A DNA stretch of 64,000 nt from Bacteroidales bacterium. Lineage in GTDB: Bacteria > Bacteroidota > Bacteroidia > Bacteroidales > GCA-2711565. The notes beneath the pieces were generated by a model, which ran no database searches, was not told the DNA's origin, and saw only the letters and a program-made list of their open reading frames with translations. The translations under genes were made by a program, and so were the position numbers. Positions 56,704-64,000 of this stretch are shown piece by piece. The stretch is taken from positions 3,848,149 through 3,912,148 of the forward strand of contig OY775914.1 of assembly GCA_963675215.1 (NCBI GenBank), given 5' to 3'. The stretch's first letter is position 1. Each line of letters opens with the position of its first letter.

Positions 56704-58050
56704 TTAACTCATTTCTTTTCTAATCATGTCCAACCCTTGTCGAACTATCGATTGAATTTCAATTTTTGAGGTGCTGATGTATTCGCATAATGCAAAATCC
56801 TCTTCATCCACTTCGTAAATTCCAAGGTTTTCCATCGCATCGATATCTTCAACCATAATGGCCTTTATTAATTGCATTGGAAAAATATCCATCGGCAAAA
56901 CTTTTTCGAATTCACCCGTCATTACAAAGGCACGAATACCTCCATTCAGATTGGTATTCAATCTATACTCTTTCTTTGGCATTAACCATGAAAGTGCAGT
57001 TCGATAAAAACTATGCTTTTTCAAACTTGGTATTAACCAACCCATAAATTCATGTTGATCGCCTTCCGGAATTACCGTTACATGTGTATGATAAGATCCA
57101 ACATAACCGGTTCTGTCAATTTTTGTTCCTGTAAGTACATTGCCACTGATATAACGTTTTTTTACTTTGGTCACATTATTTTCGGCCATGGCTTCAACAC
57201 AAGCACCCAGTTTGGTTTTATAATAGATTGGCTTTAAAACTTCCGATCCGGTAAATGCAACCAATCGTGTGGTATCATATTTCCCTTCAAGGAATAATCT
57301 TCCAATCGTTAACACATCTTGTGGGTATAGATACCAAACAATATCTCCCTTGTTAATGGGATCAATATGGGCAATTTGTGTACCCACATTACCCGCTGGA
57401 TGTGGCCCCGAAAACTCATTGATTTGAACATTTTTACAGTTTGTAAAAACCTTAGATGGAGCCGCTTCATTAATATTCAAATGAATTTTACCATTGCTTA
57501 GTTTGGCAAGTGCGTCGATACCAGCCTGAAAAGTTTCACCTTGTCCGTGAACAGCCAAATCAAAATCAGGAGCAAGTGGATGCGAATCAAACGCAGGAAT
57601 AAAAATGGCTTTTGGTTCATCAGCCGGATTAGCAATGACTGAATAAGGGCGCTGTCGAATAAATGGCCAAACACCACTTTCTAACAATTTTGCACTTACA
57701 TCCTCACGAGTTAAATCCTTTGGGTTGGCTTTACCAAAATCAACAAAACTATCCTGTCCGTCAGCCTCGATTTTTACTTCAAGTAAAATTCGTTTAGGCC
57801 CACGCTTAAGCTCAGTGATTTTACCGCTTACCGGAGCTGTGAATTTGATATTTTCTCTATATTTATCAAAAAATAAAGGTGAGCCCGCCTTTACAGAATC
57901 ACCTTCTTTAACTAACATTTTAGGGAATACACCAATAAAGTCGGTAGGTTTAATGGCGTAGCTATTGACACCCAGTTTAGCAACTGTCTTCTCAGCGCTT
58001 CCTACCAGTTTGATGTCCAATCCCTTCTTAATTTTTATCATTGTCGGCAT
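56704..58050 (-). CDS. nqrA: Na+-NQR subunit A
   Basis: 448 aa soluble subunit with the N-terminus IKIKKGLDIKLVG, first gene of the nqrABCDEF order. Confidence 0.94.
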   Translation of the reverse strand: MPTMIKIKKGLDIKLVGSAEKTVAKLGVNSYAIKPTDFIGVFPKMLVKEGDSVKAGSPLFFDKYRENIKFTAPVSGKITELKRGPKRILLEVKIEADGQDSFVDFGKANPKDLTREDVSAKLLESGVWPFIRQRPYSVIANPADEPKAIFIPAFDSHPLAPDFDLAVHGQGETFQAGIDALAKLSNGKIHLNINEAAPSKVFTNCKNVQINEFSGPHPAGNVGTQIAHIDPINKGDIVWYLYPQDVLTIGRLFLEGKYDTTRLVAFTGSEVLKPIYYKTKLGACVEAMAENNVTKVKKRYISGNVLTGTKIDRTGYVGSYHTHVTVIPEGDQHEFMGWLIPSLKKHSFYRTALSWLMPKKEYRLNTNLNGGIRAFVMTGEFEKVLPMDIFPMQLIKAIMVEDIDAMENLGIYEVDEEDFALCEYISTSKIEIQSIVRQGLDMIRKEMS

Positions 58051-58207
58051 TTAGTTAATGTCAATCTAAAAAGTGCAATTTTACAAAATAAACCTTAATT
58101 TATTCTGTTTTACAATAAGTAAAGTGTAAGATAACACCTTATTTTTATTTTTATATAAATAAGCTTTAAAAAAATCTAATTTTATGGCAAAATTATAATA
58201 TTAAGCA

Positions 58208-59533
58208 ATGGAACATTCAAATATAAAAAAGTATACACCAGCTTTTCGAATGACATATATCATGTTTTTTACTGTTTTCATAACCCTGCCTTTTACAATA
58301 TTTGCATATCCGATAATTAAAAAGAACATTAAGAGTGATTATGCTGCAGATATTTACGATCATAAAAATATTAAATCTGTACTTATACATCGGTTTGGCT
58401 TTGAACTATCAGACCCGATAATTGAACTCAACACCAATGAGAAATTATTGCTTTCTTTTGATGATCTGGAGGATGAAGTTAAAAGTTACTCATTTAAAAT
58501 ACAACACTGCAATTCAAATTGGGAAGCATCAGAATTAATGCCCAATGAATATGTTGATGGCTTTTTAACCGATCAAATTAATGATTATCAATTTTCATTA
58601 AATACCACCACACCTTATATCCATTATGAGTTGGTATTTCCAACAGATTATATGCGCCTGACCAAATCTGGGAATTATATCATTAGTGTTTTTGTTGATC
58701 AGAACGAAGATGCTCCGTCATTCGTCAGAAAATTTCATGTGCTTGAACCTAAAATTAAAATAGAAGCAGAAGTAAGACCACCGCTTTCTATCAAGGATAA
58801 GTTGAATAAACAGGAGATCGGGTTCAAAATATACCTAGATGATTTTTATGTGCCAAATCCTGAAGCATATTTAAAAGTTGTGATTAAGCAAAATCAAGGA
58901 ACCGGATATCGCATTACTGATCTGAAACCAGTCAGGAACCAAGGAACTGTTTTAGATTATTATTTCAATAATAAAAGTGTTTTTTATGGTGGAAACGAAT
59001 TCAGACCCCTCAATATTAAAAGTTTAAAATATAAATCTGAAAGAATTAGTGCCATCGAATATTTTAGTGATGGTTATCATATTCACCTTTATGAAGATCA
59101 ACTCCGAGATAGAAGCAATTACATTTTAGAACATGATATTAATGGACAGAAATTGATTAAAACGGAAGATGATCAAGACAGTTCAACAGAAGCCAATTAC
59201 ACATGGGTGCATTTTAAACTTCAGGCCAAACCTCATCTGCTCGGCAAAAATATTTTTCTTGTCGGAAAGCTGGTGGAGGGACTAAACGCTGAAGATTCAA
59301 AAATGAATTTTAATGCCGAAAACAATTCCTACGAAGGATTACTGCTTTTAAAACAGGGTTATTATGATTATCAATATCTGGTTATAGAACCGGGTTCATC
59401 TTCTTATAATATTTGTTTGACAGAGGGAAGTCATTATGAAACCAATAATGAGTACACTTTATTTGTTTATTATCGAGAACCTGGGACAGTCTATGATCAG
59501 CTAATCGGTGTTGAAAAGGTTACCGGACTTTAA
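58208..59533 (+). CDS. Conserved Bacteroidota protein, possibly DUF5103 / T9SS plug-domain family
   Basis: 441 aa with an N-terminal hydrophobic segment. The LLLSFDDLEDEVKSYSFKIQHCNSNWEAS...EYVDGF pattern matches my recollection of the DUF5103 family signature. The family assignment is uncertain. Confidence 0.4.
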   Translation: MEHSNIKKYTPAFRMTYIMFFTVFITLPFTIFAYPIIKKNIKSDYAADIYDHKNIKSVLIHRFGFELSDPIIELNTNEKLLLSFDDLEDEVKSYSFKIQHCNSNWEASELMPNEYVDGFLTDQINDYQFSLNTTTPYIHYELVFPTDYMRLTKSGNYIISVFVDQNEDAPSFVRKFHVLEPKIKIEAEVRPPLSIKDKLNKQEIGFKIYLDDFYVPNPEAYLKVVIKQNQGTGYRITDLKPVRNQGTVLDYYFNNKSVFYGGNEFRPLNIKSLKYKSERISAIEYFSDGYHIHLYEDQLRDRSNYILEHDINGQKLIKTEDDQDSSTEANYTWVHFKLQAKPHLLGKNIFLVGKLVEGLNAEDSKMNFNAENNSYEGLLLLKQGYYDYQYLVIEPGSSSYNICLTEGSHYETNNEYTLFVYYREPGTVYDQLIGVEKVTGL

Positions 59534-59571
59534 TTCCAAACCCTACGAGGATTCCTTTTCCCATCTAAAAA

Positions 59572-60813
59572 TTATTCATAGCGCAGGGCTTCGATAGGAT
59601 CAAGACGTGCAGCTTTATTAGCTGGAATAATACCCGAGACAATGGCTACTACAAAGCACAAAAACACCCCTAGCAATATCCATAGCCAAGGCACTATAAA
59701 AGCACTTCCTATTGCCAGTGACAATATATTCCCAATCATAATCCCCAGGAATATCCCAAGAAAGCCCCCCAATTGTCCGATAACAATGGCCTCTACAAAA
59801 AATTGATTCCTGATGGTTCTTTTGGTGGCACCCATTGCTTTTCTAATCCCAATTTCGCGGGTACGCTCAGTTACTGAAACCAACATAATATTCATTAAGC
59901 CAATGGCTGCACCAAGCAATGTGATGAGACCGATAAATGTGGCAGCAAGGGTAACAAAGCTCATCAAATCAATTAAAGTATTTGCAATTAAATCACTTTT
60001 TGCCATTCCAAAAGTATCATCTTCCCCAAGTTCTACTTTTCGTATCACCCTAAACAGACCCGTTGCTTCGCCAATGGCAGGTTCAATATCTTCCTGATTT
60101 TGTGTCATCACAATAATAGAGTAATTCATATTGGCCCGCGAAAAATATTGACGCACATTATTTAGTGGTATAATGGCCATTCGATCACTACTTCCAATAC
60201 TTGATCCTCTTTCCTTGGTTACCCCAATAATTCGATATTTACCAGGGCCAACGGAAATGATTTTATCGATGGGATCGACATTTGATTTAAATAATCGTGA
60301 AGCTATTTCGCTTCCGATGATCACAACACCACTTCCAAAATGAACTTCATTGTCATTAAAATTTCTCCCCTTTTCAATCTCCAAGCCTGATGAGCTCAGA
60401 TAATTCTCGTCTGAACCAACAACTTGTACATTGGGATCCGTTTTTTCTGACTGATACTTTAAGGTCGCAATCCCTGACCCTACTGTATAAATTGAAACGG
60501 CTGAAGGGAAAGTAAATTGTTCCTTAAAAGTAGTCGCCTCTTCTAAAGAAATGGGTTCATATCTCTTGGCATTACCTCCACCTCCACCAATTTGGATTCT
60601 TATTTCACGATTTCTGATGGTAAATGAATTTGCTCCCATCATCGCAAAATTCTCGGTTAGAGAATATTTAATTGAATCGATGGCCGTTAAAATTCCAACA
60701 AGCGCCATGATACCGAAAGCAATAATGAGTACGGTTAAGATACTCCTTAATAGGTTGGCTCGAATTGACTCAAGTGATATCCTTATATTTTCAAAAACTA
60801 ATTGGTTCTTCAT
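59572..60813 (-). CDS. FtsX/MacB-type ABC transporter permease
   Basis: About 413 aa from the internal ATG ([11 protein letters not shown]...). It has a TM helix, a large periplasmic domain, and a C-terminal FtsX domain with 3 TM helices. The longer track model would overlap upp by 47 nt. Confidence 0.82.
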   Translation of the reverse strand: MKNQLVFENIRISLESIRANLLRSILTVLIIAFGIMALVGILTAIDSIKYSLTENFAMMGANSFTIRNREIRIQIGGGGGNAKRYEPISLEEATTFKEQFTFPSAVSIYTVGSGIATLKYQSEKTDPNVQVVGSDENYLSSSGLEIEKGRNFNDNEVHFGSGVVIIGSEIASRLFKSNVDPIDKIISVGPGKYRIIGVTKERGSSIGSSDRMAIIPLNNVRQYFSRANMNYSIIVMTQNQEDIEPAIGEATGLFRVIRKVELGEDDTFGMAKSDLIANTLIDLMSFVTLAATFIGLITLLGAAIGLMNIMLVSVTERTREIGIRKAMGATKRTIRNQFFVEAIVIGQLGGFLGIFLGIMIGNILSLAIGSAFIVPWLWILLGVFLCFVVAIVSGIIPANKAARLDPIEALRYE

Positions 60814-60826
60814 AAAGGTAAAATTT

Positions 60827-61492
60827 TCAGGAATTGTTTTTCTTACCATAAGCCAAATCTCCGGCATCCCCAAGTCCGGGTACTATGTATGATTGAGCAG
60901 TTAGTTCATCATCAACCGCACCAACCCACAAAGTAACTTTGGTTGCAGGCAAATGTTTTTTAATATACTCTACACCTTCGGCACTAGCTAAAGCAGCAAC
61001 AATATGGGTATGTTTTGGTTTGCCCATGTTTAGCAATTCTTTATAGGCAAGAACTACTGAAGCTCCCGTGGCTAGCATAACATCCGAAATAATTAAAGTT
61101 CTATCGGTCAAATCGGGACTGGATGCATACTCGATTCGGATATCAAACTTTTTGTTTTTATGATATTTTCGATAGGCAGAAATAAATGCATTATCCGATT
61201 GATCGAAAAAACTCAACATGCCTTGATGAAGCGGCAATCCGGCTCTAAAAATCGTGGAAAGAACCGGAAACTCCTTTAACAAATTCATTTTAGCCACTCC
61301 AAGAGTTGTCATGATGTCTGATTCCTCATACTCCAATTTTTTACTTATCTCATAAGCAAAAATCTCACCCAGCCTTTCCAAATTTCTTCTGAAACGAAGC
61401 CGATCTAATTGGATATCTTCATCTCGGAGTTCGGATAAAAATTGATTTAACAAACTGTTATGCTTCCCTAGTATATAAACCATATGCATCAA
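60827..61492 (-). CDS. upp: Uracil phosphoribosyltransferase
   Basis: 221 aa with a PRPP-binding loop (DVMLATGAS) and the C-terminal [11 protein letters not shown] motif. Confidence 0.88.
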   Translation of the reverse strand: MMHMVYILGKHNSLLNQFLSELRDEDIQLDRLRFRRNLERLGEIFAYEISKKLEYEESDIMTTLGVAKMNLLKEFPVLSTIFRAGLPLHQGMLSFFDQSDNAFISAYRKYHKNKKFDIRIEYASSPDLTDRTLIISDVMLATGASVVLAYKELLNMGKPKHTHIVAALASAEGVEYIKKHLPATKVTLWVGAVDDELTAQSYIVPGLGDAGDLAYGKKNNS

Positions 61493-61546
61493 TTGTTGAG
61501 AGATTCACAAATGTACAAAAAAGAAGATAATTACTTTAAGATTTAT

Positions 61547-62497
61547 TTACGGCCTGAGATTAACTCTGAATTTACGTGATAGTTTCATCCCAATTCTATA
61601 CATTAAATTTAAGTTATTTATAATTATTTTGAAATAGGTCGTTTCTTCTGACCCAAAACTTTTGTAAAATCTAGCCAGTCCAATATTATTAGAACCTTCA
61701 AAATCAAAGGTTAAATGCTTGCCACTATTTCGCTGAATCACATAATCAAGCAGAAAAGCAGAAGCATTCAAATCTCTTCCTTCAACACTTAAACCTGAGA
61801 AAAGAAAAGTCATTTTATGATTGGCAAGCACAAAAAAACCACCGGCACACAGCACATTCTTTTCATCATACACTCCATAAACCTGGGCTGAACCCCTATG
61901 AATAGCGAAATATATGAGTCTTCGGAGGGTGATATAATCATTTTCGCGTAAATGCTTTAGCTCCTTCCCTTTGTTTTGGCTAAAGAGTTTTATGATTTCA
62001 TCAGGTTTTGTGCTTGGGTTGATAAAAAGACCCGATTTTGTGGTTTGCTTCAACTTCCTTCTTAAATTTTCAGAATATTTTTTGGAGATGTTTTTATAAC
62101 TGTTTATAAGATCAAGCTCATGATTCAACTGCGTTTTTATTTTAAAATTTGAGTGATCTATTTTATTATAACTATTTAAATTTATCTCAACATGGTTAAA
62201 CTTGGAAGGAATTGCATTTAAAAACTGCGATACGATGTTTTCGGTTAGAATGCTCTTCGAGATAATACCCAACTGCTGTGTAAAGAAAGGCTGATAAATA
62301 AGATACACCCCAAACTTTTGCTTGAAAGGCATCGGAAATACGCGTTCGTAGTCACCATCCACCAAGGCATCCCAATCTTCACTTACAATATCTAAATACC
62401 AAGAATAAGCATACACAATACCATTAAAAGACTCAGCAATGCACTTATCCCATTTAACTTTATCAATATGGTGATTTTGAATATATTTAATGTTCAT
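61547..62497 (-). CDS. FemAB-like / GNAT-fold acyltransferase family protein (function unknown)
   Basis: 316 aa. The C-terminal half (LRRKLKQ...GVYDEKNVLCAGGFFV...TFLFSGLS...LLDYVIQ...FDFEGSN) resembles the Acetyltransf_6/FemAB-like fold. It directly abuts the upstream gene. Confidence 0.45.
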   Translation of the reverse strand: MNIKYIQNHHIDKVKWDKCIAESFNGIVYAYSWYLDIVSEDWDALVDGDYERVFPMPFKQKFGVYLIYQPFFTQQLGIISKSILTENIVSQFLNAIPSKFNHVEINLNSYNKIDHSNFKIKTQLNHELDLINSYKNISKKYSENLRRKLKQTTKSGLFINPSTKPDEIIKLFSQNKGKELKHLRENDYITLRRLIYFAIHRGSAQVYGVYDEKNVLCAGGFFVLANHKMTFLFSGLSVEGRDLNASAFLLDYVIQRNSGKHLTFDFEGSNNIGLARFYKSFGSEETTYFKIIINNLNLMYRIGMKLSRKFRVNLRP

Positions 62498-63805
62498 CTA
62501 TTTTAGGGTTGATAAAGTTTTTATATAAAGGTTCTTCATTTCTTCATCGGATGCCAATGTTGAATTATGCCAAATTCCAATTAGGTCTCCCCCAACTTCT
62601 TTGACTGAATGGGAGAGCTGTTGTACAAGCTTTGTTGATTCATCTGAGTTCAGTTTCATATAGTCAGTTAATGTACCATCCATAAAAGCAAAAGGACGAA
62701 TCATTAAATTTGTTTCTTCTTCATTTAATAAATCATAAAATTTATAGGGTGTACAGATGCTTGCCCTAAACCCGGCCTGTGAAGCATAACCAAGCGAATA
62801 ATCTTCAACTATACCCTCTTTAATTAGGTTTCGATAAGTTTCCGGCCAATTCAAAATCAAAAAATGCTGACGCGAACGTATCACTTCTCCACCAATAATA
62901 TGTTCTAGTTTTGCGATTTCATCTTTCAATAATTCGGTATTAAAATTTGAGGCATATGAAGGATGAATATTAAGTTGTGCCTTTTCAGCTAATGATTGCA
63001 GAAGGCGAAAGAACTTTAAGTTTTTAAATGAAACATTTTTATCATATTTACCATAACTACCTAAATTTATAAATAGGATCGGCTCATAATCATTTGACTC
63101 GAGTGACTTAATGATAAAGTCAAAATTATTAAACGGATCAGGAGCCTTTCCGCTAAGCACGTTTATTCTTTCAGTTATTTTCTCAAATTCAAATTTTAAA
63201 ATTGAACGTATTAAACCTCCGGCATTTCTCCAAAATCCTTTCGCAACATAAGAAAAAGCCATATCAACATCAAAGCTTGGGACATATCGATAAGCCGATT
63301 CATGAAACGCAAATTCAGGAAATTGCTCAATTATTTTATCTTTTAATTTCAGTACAATTTGATTGACCAAAGGCTGTCGGAGAAAATTATTTTTAAAAGC
63401 CAAAGATGACTCAGCTCTGAACCTACCATGTTTATCAACATTGTTTTGATCAGCATACTCCTCATATCTCGTAACGAGGTAAAAAATCATGGCGAAAACA
63501 TCACAAGGAACATCTGCATTTTGATCTGTTTCAAAAAAAACAGGCATTGATTCCCATCTGCTTATAAGTAGTTTTTTCTTAAAAATTCCCTTTTCGAAAA
63601 GCAATTCAGAAGGCCAAATTGAGATCGAATCATCATCCTGAAGATCTGAATAATTAATTTTTACCGAAGTACTTGCTTTAAATTCATCAAAATTATTACA
63701 TAGTTTGAATTGGGTTTTTAAGATATTCTGAAAAATCAAACCCAAAGTATATTTAAGTCTGGAGGAAGTTTTTTTCGCGTAAATAATAATTCCTTGCTCT
63801 TCCAT
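62498..63805 (-). CDS. Putative polysaccharide deacetylase (NodB-like) family protein
   Basis: 435 aa. SFDVDMAF (DxD-like motif 1) and IHPSYAS / RSRQHF His-containing segments suggest a divergent NodB/CE4 fold. The family call is tentative. Confidence 0.4.
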   Translation of the reverse strand: MEEQGIIIYAKKTSSRLKYTLGLIFQNILKTQFKLCNNFDEFKASTSVKINYSDLQDDDSISIWPSELLFEKGIFKKKLLISRWESMPVFFETDQNADVPCDVFAMIFYLVTRYEEYADQNNVDKHGRFRAESSLAFKNNFLRQPLVNQIVLKLKDKIIEQFPEFAFHESAYRYVPSFDVDMAFSYVAKGFWRNAGGLIRSILKFEFEKITERINVLSGKAPDPFNNFDFIIKSLESNDYEPILFINLGSYGKYDKNVSFKNLKFFRLLQSLAEKAQLNIHPSYASNFNTELLKDEIAKLEHIIGGEVIRSRQHFLILNWPETYRNLIKEGIVEDYSLGYASQAGFRASICTPYKFYDLLNEEETNLMIRPFAFMDGTLTDYMKLNSDESTKLVQQLSHSVKEVGGDLIGIWHNSTLASDEEMKNLYIKTLSTLK

Positions 63806-64000
63806 TAAAGCACTTTATTTTCAAACAAATATACTGTTAAATTAACTAATCTTAAATAAAACACAATGCCTCTGTCAACCTCGTCCAATTCAAATATCTT
63901 TTGTAAACACAAGTATACAGATGTATTCTTAATTCTTCGAAATGATTCATCAGAGCTGAAATTTTCTTATTTTTGAACTGAATTTTCAGACCTCAAAACC

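Noticed and set aside
1-64000. CRISPR arrays, rRNA genes, IS elements, transposases, integrases, prophage genes and long tandem repeats.
   Set aside because: I saw no regularly spaced direct repeats, no rRNA-like conserved stretches, and no ORF with DDE, tyrosine- or serine-recombinase, or phage structural motifs. Homopolymer runs of 8-9 A/T inside genes (for example in corA and the NodB-like gene) are at the level expected for this AT-rich genome. I did not treat them as phase-variation tracts.

Overview
This window looks like an ordinary chromosomal segment of a low-GC Bacteroidota genome. The taxon call rests on repeated TAnnTTTG -7 promoter boxes, an rpsF-rpsR-rplI cluster, a complete Na+-NQR operon and T9SS-type outer-membrane genes. 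About 62 protein genes are tightly packed on both strands, plus two tRNAs: tRNA-Glu(UUC) on the minus strand and tRNA-Asp(GUC) on the plus strand.

Recognisable content, in order:
- an ars operon end (arsC-like tail, acr3) and rlmN
- a cluster of secreted peptidases (M28, M20, M1) with an esterase
- ion transport genes (CaCA antiporter, corA, MscS)
- a Cache/HAMP HisKA_3 kinase with a LuxR-type regulator, next to a porin-amt pair
- a small accessory-looking block (AAA ATPase with a nuclease-like tail, membrane-anchored MBL hydrolase, small membrane proteins, DUF3795)
- GH92 mannosidase, panE, pruA, ubiE with a PorT-like barrel, and an aminotransferase
- envelope genes kdsC, maf, surE, lpxB and comEC
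- a DDAH-like enzyme, cysE-cysK and a large M14 peptidase
- secreted ankyrin/PD40 and MORN repeat proteins
- rpsT, radC, rpsF-rpsR-rplI and a TrmH-family methyltransferase
- apbE with nqrABCDEF, an FtsX-type permease, upp, and a FemAB-like/NodB-like gene pair

I saw no rRNA, CRISPR array, transposase, integrase or phage genes.

The observations most worth follow-up:
1. A 23-codon leader ORF with tandem Cys codons, followed by a strong intrinsic terminator only 14 nt before the cysE start. This is a candidate cysteine attenuator.
2. Two copies of a roughly 52-nt palindromic element exactly bracketing the AAA-ATPase/PD-(D/E)xK gene.
3. A 61-aa protein with one TM helix and four Cys beside apbE/nqr, which fits the described architecture of NqrM.
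4. Adjacent secreted proteins with eukaryote-like repeats (ANK-PD40 fusion and MORN).

All functional calls come from motif recognition by eye. No database search or RNA folding was run.
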